A stretch of DNA of 64,000 nt from Octopus vulgaris (Eukaryota), in NCBI GenBank assembly GCA_951406725.2, contig OX597816.1:116002001-116066000 (forward strand), written 5' to 3'. Positions 1-14,328 of this stretch are shown here, one piece after another (within the stretch, counting starts at the first letter, position 1; each line of letters opens with the position of its first letter). The notes under the pieces were generated by a model. The model saw only the letters and a list, made by a program, of their open reading frames with translations. It searched no databases and was not told the DNA's origin. Made by a program: the position numbers and the translations under genes.

Positions 1-1
1 T

Positions 2-200
2 CACATAATCCTGGACTTTATAAGTGAAATGCCAGTGACATGTTGCATGTCCATCAACAATATTCGCAGACAGACAGCCGTACGCTGGTACAACATATAG
101 TCCAAGTAGACGAAAACCTTCGTTTTGAGGGGGGAATGAAGTTGAAAGAGTGGTAAAGAAATTTTGGGTACTTATGGTCGTCTTAACCGATGGTGCACCA
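2..200 (+). pseudogene. Merlin/IS1595-like (ISXO2-type DDE) DNA transposase remnant, cut by window edge
   Basis: Hand translation across frameshifts gives HIILDFISEMPVTCCMSINNIRRQTAVRWYN, then IVQVDEN, then FWVLMVV. This resembles the Merlin-type order 'RQTAVDWYNF...IVQIDES...WVFG'. Stops and deletions are present. Confidence 0.5.
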
Positions 201-278
201 GTTCTTGTGTGTGTATGTGAGTGTATAAAGATATATTCAAAGCAATAGGTATACACCCACGTATATATATATATATAT

Positions 279-694
279 ACTCTTTTACTCTTTTACTTGT
301 TTCAGTCATTTGACTGCGGCCATGCTGGAGCACCGCCTTTAATCGAGCAACTCGACCCCGGGACTTATTCTTTTGTAAGCCCAGTACTTATTCTATCGGT
401 CTCTTTTGCCGAACCGCTAAGTGACGGGGACGTAAACACACACCAGCATCGGTTGTCAAGCAATGCTAGGGGGGACAAACACAGACACACAAACACACAC
501 ACACATACATATATATACATATACATATATACGACAGGCTTCTTTCAGTTTCCGTCTACCAAATCCACTCACAAGGCATTGGTCGGCCCGGGGCTATAGC
601 AGAAGACACTTGCCCAAGATGCCACGCAGTGGGACTGAACCCGGGACCATGTGGTTGGTTAGCAAGCTACTTACCACACAGCCACTACTGCGTC
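279..694 (-). mobile_element. tRNA-derived SINE, family A, full length
   Basis: Minus strand shows A box TGGCTGTGTGG, B box GGTTCAGTCCC, body CTTGGGCAAGTGTCTTCTGCTATAGCCCCGGGCCGACC, an internal (TA/TG) tract and tail GGCGGTGCTCCAGCATGGCCGCAGTCAAATGACTGAAACAAGT(AAAAGAGT)n. Near-identical copies lie at 12368-12775 and 52425-52838. Confidence 0.9.
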
Positions 695-711
695 TATATA
701 TATATATATAT

Positions 712-800
<89 letters not shown>

Positions 801-2163
801 TATAACAAAGCCTAATGGTGTGAATTTTCTAAAACTCCTTTAGGGACAAACGGTTTTCACAATGAATTCCTATTTAATCGGAATCTACACAATCTGAAGC
901 ATATTTGTAGAAAATTTCATTAAAGAATATTTGATTTACGAATTGTAGAAAGGTTTCGCCACCCTCTACAACGTCAACACCGATGCAATTTTACACTATT
1001 TATTAAAAAACATTTTCCAGCTATGTTCTATAAGCATTCGACTTTCTCTTTCCGTTTTCCTTTAATGCTTCTCTTTTCTTTTCTCATTCGCTCCTTTATA
1101 TTCCTTGTTTTTCGAGATTCGACTTTCTGTGTGAATATAGTTTATGTTTATTTTGTATATTGAGTTGTGCTTGGTTAATTGTTCTTAGTTGTGAGTTAAT
1201 CTTCTATGATTTTCTTCTATGGTTTTGACAATCGACGTGTCGGTAAGTTATAATGATAATGTTGAAATTTATATTTGTAGATCTTTTGCCGCTTCTATAT
1301 TCAATTATCCTTTGTACTGCGCTCTTCCACGCTTACAATTCCAAATTTTGCATCCGTAATATTCAGGGATTTATCAATTATCTTTGTTGTGTATAGCAGG
1401 TTTATATCTTATTTTTATAAAAGTGAATTCTGAAACTTTGAAGTTCATGTCCGCTTTGCATTTATATAGTGTTTCGATATTTAAAACATCTGCCTCAGTT
1501 TTACATATTAATATAAAATTCGTTGGCAGTAATAAATCGGTGAATTTTCTTCTACACTCTAAATAGTTGGGATGCGGTCCCACTTATATATACAATGCGT
1601 GCTTTCGCTAGAAGGGCTCCTGGTGGATAATGAAACTCAAAAAATGCACCGATCTTGAGGAATTTACGTGAGAACCACTCATTAACGAATGAGTACTGAT
1701 ATTTTCTCGGCACGAGTAGCGTTTGTAACATTTTGCTGCTAGATGATAGAAAACCGACACACCCCCGTTGACAAATGCTTTCGAGGTTTCTGCTTAAGGT
1801 AGCAGGATGAGTATGGAGTAAGGTGCTTAGGTTGAGAACTAAATGCTTCGCTGGGGATTGTTAGAGTGAAATCAAGAGCAATGTCACTTCCGTGAAATTG
1901 GATGATGCGAGACATTAATGTATAGAAGGAAAGCAAACAGGAACAAAAACTGTGTGCTCGAGCGTACCAGAGTTGATATATGTATGTACATATATTTTTT
2001 TATTGTTTCAGCTGCAAAGCTGCGGTCATGCTGGAGCACCGCCGTTTATGAAGATCTATATATATATATATATTAATAATATTGGGGAGTATAACTCTAA
2101 ACTTATAGGGAAAAATTCAATTTAATATTAAATCAAATTTCACAATATAGATATATGAAATAC

Positions 2164-2399
2164 AAATTAGAGATAAAACCACTATTAGGCAACTCAAGCA
2201 GTGATAGACATAAACCAAAACATAAATAAAAAATAATATATATTTTTTAAAATATATAACTAGATCTCAAAAAGTATAAAAATAAATGATCAATATATAA
2301 GTTTTGGTTATAAATAATATATATAACCATATATAAAATATGTTTTGGTTTATGCCTATCACTGTTTGAGTTGCATAATAGTGGTTTTATCTCTAATTT
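2164..2399. repeat. Fold-back: ~60-bp inverted arms between (TA)n tracts
   Basis: 2164-2224 (AAATTAGAGATAAAACCACTATTAGGCAACTCAAGCAGTGATAGACATAAACCAAAACATA) is the near-perfect reverse complement of 2339-2399. Confidence 0.85.
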
Positions 2400-2401
2400 A
2401 C

Positions 2402-2460
<59 letters not shown>

Positions 2461-2963
2461 GTATATATAAGCAAGGCTTGTAGAAGAACACAAGAAATCT
2501 TGAAAAGTTTAAGTTTTTAAATAGAGTTGACGATCGCGGTAAATATTTGATGTTTTAAGGGGCGGTGAGTAGGTGTCTTAGGCAGCTGTAACTGTTTAAT
2601 ATTGCTTTTCTTGTAACTCCTCTTTCAAGCTCTATGGGCTTTGCTCTGACTTGAGAATTTGAGACTTTGAATTCAGCCCTGCAAGATATCAAAGCAACCG
2701 ACTATGGTACAGAGTTCATGTTGCTTACAAACGGGGAACGTGAATTTTCAAGTGATACCTATTTTCTTTTGAAGAACGAAACAATTGGTGACGTTAAATG
2801 CCTCAAACTTTCTCCAACCACTGTTGGTAATACCTGACATAGCAATGCAGCAGGATCAAAGAGTTGGGTTGCCACATGTTGTAGAGTTAGTAGTAGTAAT
2901 AATAATAATTATTATTATTATTATTATTATTATTAGTAGTAGTAGTAGTAGTAGTAGTAGTAT

Positions 2964-3003
<40 letters not shown>

Positions 3004-3051
3004 GTAATAATAATAATAGATATTTACATTTGTACATCTTGAAGTTTGGTT

Positions 3052-3133
<82 letters not shown>

Positions 3134-3682
3134 CAAAGCGCATAACATTTATTTTTATACATTCCAGTTCAAGGAATAGTAAAGTTGACCCCTGTGGAAT
3201 TTGAACTCCAAATGTAAAAAAAAAAAAACAAGTGAAGACAAACATAAAAGTTTCAACATAATTGAATACCAGAAGATATTTAGTCTGGCGACTGTCTATA
3301 TTATGTATATATGTATGTATGCATGTGTATATATGATGCCGCACCGCTGTGAATGTATGTGTATCAGCCAAGTGTATGTGTTACTACTGTTTGTGTTCTT
3401 GTAAGTATGACTGAGGGCAGGAGACAGTCTGGAATTAAATTGAAAATAAGACAAATAATTACAAAACAAAAAAATAAATGTAGGTTGTGTGTATACTTAT
3501 ATGTATATATGTATATGTATGCATATATATATGTATATGTGTGTATGTGTATACATATTGAGAGAGAGACAGAGACAGACAGAGAGTACGACAGACAAAT
3601 CGACAGACAGACTTATAAGTATATATGTACATATACATATACAGAGACAAATAGATAGATAGACAGATGTAAATATATATAC

Positions 3683-3717
<35 letters not shown>

Positions 3718-3720
3718 GAT

Positions 3721-3803
<83 letters not shown>

Positions 3804-3886
3804 TAGATACACACACACACACACACATATGGTAACAGTAATCCTGGCATTTTACCCTAGCACCCCCACTAATTCCTTCCACAGGC

Positions 3887-3928
<42 letters not shown>

Positions 3929-4854
3929 CATACATATATATATATGTGTGTGTGTATGTATGTATGCATAAATATATGTATAAGTATGAATATATACACA
4001 CGTATGTATATATATGTGTATATTTGTATATATGCATGTATGTGTATGCATGTATGTATATGCATATGTATATAATACAGTTAAAGTTTTGGGGGCTAAA
4101 ATTGGTGACAGCCTGATGTAAGAAATCTGGAGTAGGACGAGTGAAGTCGTCGAAGACTTAGTGGCGGTATCAGGGTATCGTACAAGGACCGCTATAACCA
4201 TTTCCAAGCTGATGTAATTTCATATGTTGCTGATCAAAGAAACATCATTGAAATTACTGCTCCATGATTACCATCGTCAAAATCACCACCATGGCCGCAA
4301 GTATAACATCAACACCGCTAACAACGACAACAACAAGTACAACAATAATAAAACATTAGATTCAACCTTAGGATATTCTTTTGTTTATTTAGAGCGTATC
4401 TGAAAAGATTATCTGCGTAAATTAGGTTTTTGATAAAATGAACCATTTTTATAAATAAGGGGGAAAATACACACACAGATTTACTTCTATATACAGTCAC
4501 GTATGTTACATTCATAGAAATATACATATACATATTATACATACATACAGACAGGCAGGCAGGGAGACAGACAGACAGATAGATAGACTATACATTTACA
4601 TCTATACCTATTTATATACGCACACATATATACATATATGTACAAATATATAATAAATCTTTACATAAATAAATAACGTGAAATACACGAAGGGACGAAC
4701 AAAAAGAGAAACGGGTCATTCAAAGCCTTCATTCTTCAGTCAGAAACTGATCCCTCATCGCAGATTTCGGCTGTTTAATTCTGAGATCCGCTCTGAATCA
4801 GCCAGCCACAGAAGGAAAGAATGCAACGCAACAGAGACGAACATGAAACGAAAA

Positions 4855-5290
4855 ATCTATTTTGGAGACAGTAACGGATAAAAACATGGATGACACAGGC
4901 GCCCTACGGCTTTGGGACAAAAAGAGAGACACAAAAACAATATCAGCAAGCGTGGAAAAATAATTACCTTTTCGGTGATAGGACACATGTTGAACAAGCG
5001 GCCGATGGCAACAGAATGGCTGAGGCAGCAAGTCGCAAGAGGGTAAGAGAGAGAGGGGACCAAGGAGGGTGGAAGGCGAGGACAGAAGCAGTGACCAAGA
5101 GAGAGAGGGAGAGAAGGAATCAGAGAAGAAGCAGTGACCAAGAGAGAGAGGGAGAGAAGGAAGCAGAGAGGCTGGGAGAAAAAGGCGCCAAAACAATTTG
5201 GCAACGAAGCAATGGCGAAGGAAAGAAAATAGTTTAAAGACATCGCACGCACGTATACTAACATAAGTTTCTTTTATTTTCGACTTTATT
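4855..5290. repeat. GC-richer, purine-skewed interspersed repeat with internal ~35-bp direct duplication
   Basis: AGAAGCAGTGACCAAGAGAGAGAGGGAGAGAAGGA occurs at about 5084 and 5126. Composition differs from the flanks. The overlapping ORFs are low complexity and the class is not identified. Confidence 0.4.
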
Positions 5291-8200
5291 TAACTATTTT
5301 GTTTCTGTTTTCCATTTTTTTCTGTTTTGTTTCTTGTTATGTAGAGTAGACGGCACTAAATTTATATTTGTTAAACTCTCTTAATCTCGCTTACCAATAA
5401 TAGTTGAAACACTGTAAACTAAGTGTAAAAGAAGAGCTATATACACCACTATTTACTTCCACCACGAATCAATACTCAATAAAGACCATCACTCTCGTAC
5501 TTCACTCGGCTCACTATCACCCTTGCTCTCGACGATACAATAACAGTGGCCACACGTGATCGTTCCCCCTGTTAGAAATGAGCAACTATATTTTCTTCAA
5601 AACACAGCCTACTATCATAAGAAAAGGAAAAGTTGGATAAAGTCACCCTGGATTATCAAGATAGATGACAAAAAAATGAGATGTTTATCTTTGGAATGCT
5701 GTTTATCAAAGGACTTCTCGATAAGATCAGCATTGGCATAATGTTAAACAGAAACAACTATAGTAACAAGCTTCTGTGGATCGATAAAATAAAGGGCCAG
5801 TCGAGTACTGCGGTCAACATAAATGACTGACCACGTCCTCTCAAAAACGGTGCCATTGCGCCTAACTTAGAAATTATTAAGTGTGCATTGTTGCTAATCT
5901 TGCTCATCTCCAGCTGCGAACATATCTTTTTTATATATCTCGGACTGCATTTCCTTGTAATTTCTTCCTTTTACTTTCTGTTTAAAATGGTCGGCGGTGT
6001 GTGATTCTAGAATATTTGGCTACTACCTACAGTAAGATGAGTAACTACATAGACTCCCCTTGGTTTGTATATATGCCAGTATATATATGTGTTTAAGAAG
6101 TGATTCAAGGACTGGGGGGGGGGGAAGGTGGAGTAACATAAAAATAGTTAAAGTAAATTGTATCTGATTTCGGCAAAAGATTCGCAGTTTTCAAGGAGGA
6201 AAAGTTATTCTATAATATTGAACTTAGGGCTTGATAAATACTTTATTATTGACTCCCCGAGTGATGAAAGGTAAAGTTGACTCCGACAGGATTTGAACTC
6301 TGACGGTAAAGAGATGGAACAAATACCGCAAGACATTGTTTTCCGACACTCAAACAGTTCTATCATCTAGTAGCCCTTCATTTCTGATTTAGCAACAAGA
6401 TCAGCGCCTCTGTGTGTTTATCAATCCTAAAATAATGACAAGGTTGATTGACGTGATCTGAGCTCAGAACATAAATAGCTTGAACAAATACTGTTTAGCA
6501 ATTTTTCCGAAGCTCTAACTGTTCTGCCAGCATACTGTTTTATATAGTAAAGTGAATAAAATTGCATTACCAAGCGTGATCGCTTTAACCATGGATATTT
6601 ATTCAATGAATGAGATCCAACGATAGAGCTACGTCTCCGCAAATTATATCCATATAATTATACCGTCTTGAACAGAAAAGAACAATTCAATGCCCTAGAT
6701 GGAAATATAAAAGAATGAATACCTTTCATGAAAGTCCTGCCCAGTCAATAATGAACTAGAAATAAACAACAATGAATAGGTAAATGGATATATAATTTGC
6801 AAACGAATACCTGAGTATTGTTGGTTTTAATAATAATCAATCAGTGCCATCCTCCCGAAGATCATCATCTTCAATATCGTCATTATCATCATTATCATCG
6901 TCATTGCGTCATAGTCTTCGTTTCGTCATCGTCGCTATCTTTGTCATCAGAATCTTTATCATCATCTTTTTTTTCTCTTTTCCTTCAAACATTGTCAATC
7001 CGAACAACACTCTCAGCATTAGCACTAGCAACTATTACAACAACAAGAATAAGTACTGCATTATTAAGTGAGTCTGACGGGAGATGTGCAGAAAGAATTA
7101 CTTGAGCGATAAATAAATATTCTGTGTTCAATTTCGCCTTTCAAATACTGTTTATTTTGCATGCGCTTTCAAGCTTCGATTATTTTTAAATATCAAACGT
7201 AGATGTAACGTTTCATGGATTAATCGTGAAGGTGTTAGGTTCATGACTGAACATAATGTCAAGCATTTGACTTTTTAGATAAATTGGAGGATTGAGTAAG
7301 GGGCATTGTTTCATGTTGTTCGAGTTAACTGAGCTGAAAATGAAAACCAGCCCAAAACTGATGGAGTCCTCTTTCCTTCCTGATGCCACACATGGGTTAT
7401 TCCACTGGGTCAACGGTGGAGGGAACGAGAGTTTGTATCTACTCTTAATTACATAGCTATCTTAAACAATTAGCAAATGCATGGTAAATGTTACTAAACT
7501 GTATTCGCTTTCAAGTGACGTTTATACTCAAATGGTATAAATTTTGACAGTAGGGAGACAAAGGAAGCTAGAACAATTTGACAGTTTATCAAGGCAGAAT
7601 TCAAAGGAGAAAGCAAGGTAGAAAGTGAGTTACGCTAGAGTGTAAATCAGGCTGCCTTGCAGTATTTAGTTGCGTAATAGCAGTATTAAGTTGTGTTATT
7701 AGCATTATGTCATTGAAGACGAACTAATTTGAATCACAGGCACCACATTAATAAAGATACTATGTTATGTCTTCCCTAATTGAAGGGTTAAAAAAGAATT
7801 TTTTTCCTGAGAGGAATCGAAGGAATAAATTATAAGAGCAATAATTATGTTTATATGCAAAATAACGTGTATATGTATAAGCAATTATATGTATATGTTT
7901 CGTTCAGACAGTTTACATTTGTCACGCTGAATGTTTTCTTCCTAATCTTGCATAAAATTCTTTTTCTAACCCTTAAGAATTTCAACTTCTATTAAGGAAG
8001 ACCTATAAGAAGGGAATTAATAGGGTTTCTTTATTTATGGATTATATCTGTCTACATATATGTATGCAGGTATGTATGTACGCATATATAAAGAAACAGA
8101 GAGAGAGGTAAGGAGAGAACGTGTTCATATGTATGTATATTCTTGTACAAGATAATATTTCATAAATGATGCGCAAGCATCGAAATTGATACTGTACGCT

Positions 8201-8460
8201 ATTTAATAAACTGTATTTGAATAAGATTCTACACTGCTTATCCATCTGATAATTACTTTCACCAGCATAAAATGTATTTAAAAAATCATAAATTAATTGG
8301 GATATTTGTTAGATATTCGAGAGGTTGTTTGTCTTCTCACAACTAGTTGGGCATCTAAGACCAATCGAGAAAATATGGTGAGAATAGTTTCTGTGGTAAA
8401 TAGGGTATTTGTGTGAATGTATATGTGTGTGTATTATAAATATATATGTGTATATATATA

Positions 8461-8510
<50 letters not shown>

Positions 8511-8605
8511 GAGAGAGAGAGAGAGAGAAATACATACATACATATATATGTGTATATATATATATATATATTCATAATTAATCAATATATATATATATAT
8601 ATATA

Positions 8606-8813
8606 ACGGGAAGCTTTATGAAAATAGACAAAAGACGAAGGCAGGTGGGAAACAAACAAACAATTGTATTAGTATGGCGCTCAGGAAATATAAATAAAAC
8701 AAGTCTTTAACGTTTCGAGCCTACGCTCTTCAACAGAAAGATACACAGAGAGAAAAAAAACACAGAAAGAAGGAGAAAAAAAAATGCGTGCAGTAACTAA
8801 CGAATCAACATGG

Positions 8814-8816
<3 letters not shown>
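8606..8816 (-). mobile_element. ~210-bp non-autonomous HHR-bearing element in (TA)n
   Basis: Bounded by (TA)n on both sides, contains the HHR at 8704-8741, and shares GCTCAGGAAA...TTTAACGTTTCGAGC with the element at 36846-37045. Confidence 0.7.
8704..8741 (-). ncRNA. Minimal type-I hammerhead ribozyme (variant core CUGUUGA)
   Basis: Minus strand reads TCTTT-CTGTTGA-A-GAGC(GTAG)GCTC-GAAA-CG-TT-AAAGA. Stem I is 5 bp, stem II is 4 bp, and stem III is the palindromic AACGTT. A6 is changed to U. Confidence 0.7.
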
Positions 8817-8888
<72 letters not shown>

Positions 8889-8924
8889 CGGTATTGGTAT
8901 CCCTCTAGTTAACTCTCTCATATC

Positions 8925-8972
8925 GTCTCTGATGAAGGGATCACCCTAATATCCCAGAAACAGCTGTAAGAC
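8925..8972 (+). ncRNA. Minimal type-I hammerhead ribozyme
   Basis: GTCT-CTGATGA-A-GGGAT(CACCCTAAT)ATCCC-A-GAAA-CAGCTG-TA-AGAC. The core is intact, stem III is the palindrome CAGCTG and the cleavage triplet is GUA. It lies in a ~155-bp insert (8886-9040) between (TA)n and (CA)n. Confidence 0.85.
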
Positions 8973-9039
8973 TACCTTTTTCTTTATAAATGTCCTTCAA
9001 ATTCCACACACCCTTGGTTTTGTTATCTCATTTTATTTA

Positions 9040-9070
<31 letters not shown>

Positions 9071-10184
9071 TACACTAAATATCATTTTCCATTTTAAGCG
9101 GTTGTCGTATTAGAACAAGGAATATTGCGTTAAACTATGAGGGAATCCCTTATATCACTGGCTGGTGATAACCGTCCGGAAAAGCTGTCAGAGTTGCCTG
9201 ATCACATGCTTTCGACCTTGGTTTGTTCTTGCTAATATCAGGCTTTCGCGATATTAACACGGGTGCGTTTATGCAGCACAAGTCGAGATAGGAGGTTCTC
9301 TCATGGCAAATACCGCAGTATTCAGTGTGCTAACAAAACATCCACTTTAAGTGGAAGATAGATACAACATTTTGGTATTTCTTCTGTTGCTTTTACGCAT
9401 ATTTAAGCATATATATATATATATATATATATACATATGCAAGCACACACATAGACATATATGTGTATGTATTTCTATTCACGCGTCAATTTATTATTTT
9501 GTTTATGTTTCTTTGTTTGTGAGAGTGTTTGATATCTGTAGATTTGACCTTATAAAGAAATATAGCCCTAAAACATCTGACAATTATTGATATATCCTTT
9601 CTTCTAACCCAAGAATTTAATATAATCCTATCTTCTAAAGGATTAAACTTAAGTTTATTATTTTAGTCAAACGTCAAATGACCGATCAATTGACGTTTCG
9701 ATTGACCATTCAAGACATAACTATGTTAATGTCTATGCTGTCTTCCAGGTAAGATAAGGTAACCAAAGGTTTAGGACATGAACGACATAAGCATTATGTC
9801 CAGAACAGTAGATTAATTTAACGTATGTGAATCAGAGAACTACATTAAAAGTCTTTCCTGAGTTCATCTCCAGGGATTCTAAGAGGAATTTTATTAGAAA
9901 TTACAAAATTATCTCCGTACTCCCTTTTGTAGATTCTAGTTTTCAACGTATGCAAATATTTTGGTGAGATGTCACAAAATTGTGGAGCCCTCTATGATAT
10001 ACTTTTGCACTCTTCTCACTTTTATGCCCCCCCCCCACATGACTGCAAGAGCAGTAATAGTGGTATATTTAACATTCAATATACCGGATGCAGCATTTAT
10101 ACCTACCCATTATTCTTTTTCTTGGAAAAATGAAAGTTTAAAGGTTGATTGTTATATTTATTGACAATATTTTACATCTATTTA

Positions 10185-10392
10185 AGGCTAGCAAAATTGT
10201 TAGCATTCCAGGCAAAATGCTTAGCGGCATTTCGTCCGTCCTTACATTCTGAATTCAAATTCCGCTGAGGTCAACTTTGCCCTTCATCCTTTTGGGGTCG
10301 ATAAAATTAGTACCAGTTGAACACTAGAGTCGGTGTAATCGTCTTACCCACTTCACCGAAATTGCTGTCCTTGTGCTAAAATTTGAAACCAA
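10185..10392 (+). mobile_element. tRNA-derived SINE, family B (Nin/Deu-domain-like core)
   Basis: B-box-like GAATTCAAATTCC followed by GAGGTCAACTTTGCCCTTCATCCTTTTGGGGTCGATAAAATTAGTACCAG. Similar copies lie at 15101-15216, 44209-44410 and 50578-50790, with diverged minus-strand copies near 3150-3310, 6170-6380, 16610-16775 and 39060-39170. Confidence 0.75.
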
Positions 10393-11576
10393 TATTTTAC
10401 ATATATTTAAAATAGCTATCCTTCGCTTTCTCTATATCCTTTAACCTTTTCTCAAATAAATGAATAATGGGTACAAGTATATAATACACCTGGTAGCAGT
10501 AATTGGTTCGTAGTAGCTTAACAGATCAGAAAATGAGTGAAAAGCCGTGTTAAAGATGATGATCGTCTATTTCTAAATAAACAGAATACTAAATGGCTCG
10601 AACTTAGTAACCTAAGATTCCGAATGACTAGATATACCTACAGAGCCACTTTCTTGTTTCTATATTCTTAATGAACATCTTGAAGTACTTATTTTCATCC
10701 AGTGACATAGGCAATGACTTTCCTTCAGACTTGCAAAGAGAATTTAGAAAAAATAATAATAATAATAATCTACACCTTGATAAATTCTATAGAATCCCGC
10801 TTGCATATTTCAGTTTTTTTCGTGGATAGACAGAAATATATGTTTTCTTGGTTTGCACCAATTTCATTTAAAATTAATTGAATTGTAATTTAAACTGTAT
10901 TCCATTTCGTTAAGAAGAAACATATTTTCCGAACAGAAGACTTGAATTAAGGAAAGATTGTTTTGTTTCAATTTTATTTTATCTCTCTTTACCGTCTATT
11001 TTTTTTTGCTGACTACGGGATAATTTGAATATAATTTGATTATTCCCACTGTTCATAAATAAAATGGCTTACTGTTTTTACGTTTATTTTCCTTTCCTTT
11101 TCTTAACATTGGTCTAAAGTCAAAGCAATTAAATTTGCTATATCCCATTTTTCTTTTGACAAACTGAAAAACATGCTTCACATGTACGGAATTCTGAAAT
11201 TACCAGTTATTCATTGGGAAACTGCCTATATCAATAGCTGGCTAAACATATCCATATATTCTGAATAAAGGTGTTGGATAAATTCTTCTACTTCCATAGT
11301 AAGTTATATGTTCAACGACAATAGCTTTCGTAGAGAACATTTTGGAAAATGTAATTCTCTATAAGTTTGGTTTTTAAAGAAATCTGGAAGTTTTAAGAAT
11401 GTGAATGCACACTATACATAAAACACACTGACATAGACGCACAAACACATACACATATACATGTATATATACATAAGTGTGTGTTTATGTGTATGCATGT
11501 AAGCGTATGTGTACGCGTAAACATATATCTATTCATAAACACATTCACATGTATATATATATATGTATATATATAT

Positions 11577-11651
<75 letters not shown>

Positions 11652-11754
11652 CAATATATATGTATATATATATTTATGTATGTACACATATATACATACA
11701 TATAACTATAAGTATATGTGTGTGTGTGTGCAGTGTCAATGTGTACGTGTGTTT

Positions 11755-11900
11755 TTGTGTTTGTCCCCAACAGCTTGACAACCGGTGTTGGTTTATTTAT
11801 ATTCCCGAAAATTAGCGGCTCGGCAGCGATGAGATAATTAGCAGACATTGAATAAGTTTTGTCGGTCGATTTACTCGACTAAATCCTTCAAGGTAGCGTA

Positions 11901-11955
<55 letters not shown>

Positions 11956-12270
11956 GTGTGTGTGTGCGTACATATATTTATATATAAGCAGTCCCTTGGA
12001 CAAGTGTCGTCTACTATAGCCTGGGCAGTCCAAAGCCTGGTGAGTGGATTTGGGAGACGGAAACTGAAAGAATCACATCGTTTATGTACGCATGTGTGTG
12101 AGTATCTTTGTGTATATATTTGTCTCTCACCACCATTTGACAACCGGTGTTGTCTTGCAACGTCCCGTAAATTAGCAGTTCGGACAATGGAAGCCGATAA
12201 AAAAAACTGAGGTTGATTCGTTCGACAAACCCAGCATGACGGTGCTCCAATGACTGAAACAAGTAAAACT
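11755..12270 (+). mobile_element. Two diverged partial SINE family A copies
   Basis: TTGACAACCGGTGTTGG...TTAGCGGCTCGGCA at 11775-11826, and CCTTGGACAAGTGTCGTCTACTATAGCC...GACTGAAACAAGTAAAA at 11994-12268. Confidence 0.75.
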
Positions 12271-12367
12271 TATACACATATATTTATAGTCACTCAACTC
12301 CCCTAACCCTCTCTCTCTCTCACACACACAAATTACCTTGTGATTTATGTTCTCCGTAGTAGTTATA

Positions 12368-12775
12368 GGCGCAGGCGTGGCTGTGTGGTAAGTAGCTTGT
12401 TTACCAACCACATGGATCCGGGTTCAGTCCCATTGCGTGGCACCTTGGGCAAGTGTTTTCTACTATAGCCTCGGGCCGACCAAAGCCTTGTGAGTGGATT
12501 TGGTAGACGGAAACTGAAAGAAGCCCGTCGTATATATGTATATATATGTATGCGTGTCTATGTTTGTGTGTCTGTGTTTGTCCCCACTAGCATTGCTTGA
12601 CAACTGATGCTGGTGTGTTTACGTCCCCGTTACTTAGCGGTTCGGCAAAAGAGACTGATAGAATAAGTACTGGGCTTACAAAAGAATAAGTCCCGGTGGT
12701 CGAGTAGCTCGACTGAAGGCGGTGCTCCAGCATGGCCGCAGTCAAATGACTGAAACAAGTAAAAGAGTAAAGAGT
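12368..12775 (+). mobile_element. tRNA-derived SINE, family A, full length
   Basis: Head GGCGCAGGCGTGGCTGTGTGGTAAG, B box GGTTCAGTCCC, and the same body and tail as 279-694. Confidence 0.9.
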
Positions 12776-13211
12776 AGTGGTTCGGTAAAAACAGAACATT
12801 TGGTATGTACCACAGAACTTTCGATATAAAATATATACTGCCAGCAAATTTCATCAACTATACCATTCGAGGCAATGCTCCAGAGTGCCATCCGATGTCT
12901 GAGACAAAAAAATAAAACGACACTTCATATATATATATATATATATATATATACATGCATATTCATATACACACGTGCACATCACCGAGCGCGCGTGTGC
13001 ATGTGCTTGTGTGTGTACTTAGGTATATTTATATAAAAATTAATATGGTGTGCGACATACCTCCATGAAAACAATATATATATATATATATATATTATAT
13101 ACATGTATGTAAATATATATATATACTTGTAAATGGATGTGTGGCGTTCAATCAAATAATAATATAATATATATATGCATATATCTGTATATACATATAT
13201 GTATATATATA

Positions 13212-13253
<42 letters not shown>

Positions 13254-13284
13254 ATAAGTGTAGGTGGCATACGAGTGGGTATAT

Positions 13285-13673
13285 ATTTATAAAAATGAAG
13301 TTTGAAAACGCCACTATACAAGATAAATTTTAATTTTCTTAGAGATTTCACATGTCTCGGTTCTTCTTGAATAAATATTTTTAAAAGTCAAGTGTAATAA
13401 AAAAGTTCATAATTGTTTCTTACTAGTCTCAATAGAGTCCACGTGATGGTGTTTTGTGGTGGAGAGCATGATGGTTGTCTTGTACATTAACTAGATTCAT
13501 TGGCTGTAATTATGGGAATTAAGATTCCCATAATTATGAACTTTTTTTATTACACTTAACTTTTTAAAATATTTTTGATAAGGTTCGTTTTTTCAAGAAA
13601 CGAAACATGTAAATCTCTAAAAAAAATTTAAATTATCTTGTATAGTGGCGTTTTCAAACTTCTATTTATAAAT
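13285..13673. mobile_element. Fold-back element with degenerate HHR and snap-back hairpin
   Basis: Arms 13285-13414 and 13532-13673 are reverse complements. The right arm has ATTT-TTGATAA-GGTT...AAAC-GAAA-CATG-TA-AAT (13571-13614). A perfect 13-bp hairpin TAATTATGGGAAT-TAAG-ATTCCCATAATTA lies at 13507-13536. Confidence 0.75.
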
Positions 13674-13903
13674 AAATAAATATATATATATATATATAAT
13701 TTCAAATTAATAATAAAAGGGTAAAATTAATTAATCAAATTAATCAGTCAATGAACCAATTAATAATTGTACCATGTAGATCGGTATGTTAAAATAACCG
13801 TTGTAAGTAAAATTATACAAATATGCTATAATTATAAACATAATTATAATTAGGGATCAGCTAATTGCTTCACCAAATGCCGAATTTAGAAATGGGAGTT
13901 AAA

Positions 13904-13957
<54 letters not shown>

Positions 13958-14266
13958 GATAGACAGGTAGACACATACACATGCATACATGCATATGCAT
14001 GTACAGCCTATACAGACGCATACATATAATCATACACGCATGCACGCACGCACACATACACACTTGTATACATATCTATGTCTATATGGATATAGTTCTG
14101 TAAATATACATTTACATGTATGCGTATGTTAGTGTTTGGATTTGTGCACGCGAAGATATTTTTGCTGAGGTATTGCTTTATAGTGGATCACATACGCACG
14201 CACATATACATGCCTACTTGCATATATACAATCCTACACATACATACAAACATGAATACAAACATG

Positions 14267-14328
<62 letters not shown>

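Noticed and set aside
12368-12440. tRNA gene (also at 15101, 30163 and other SINE heads)
   Set aside because: A and B boxes are present, but they run straight into multi-copy SINE bodies and no complete cloverleaf is evident.
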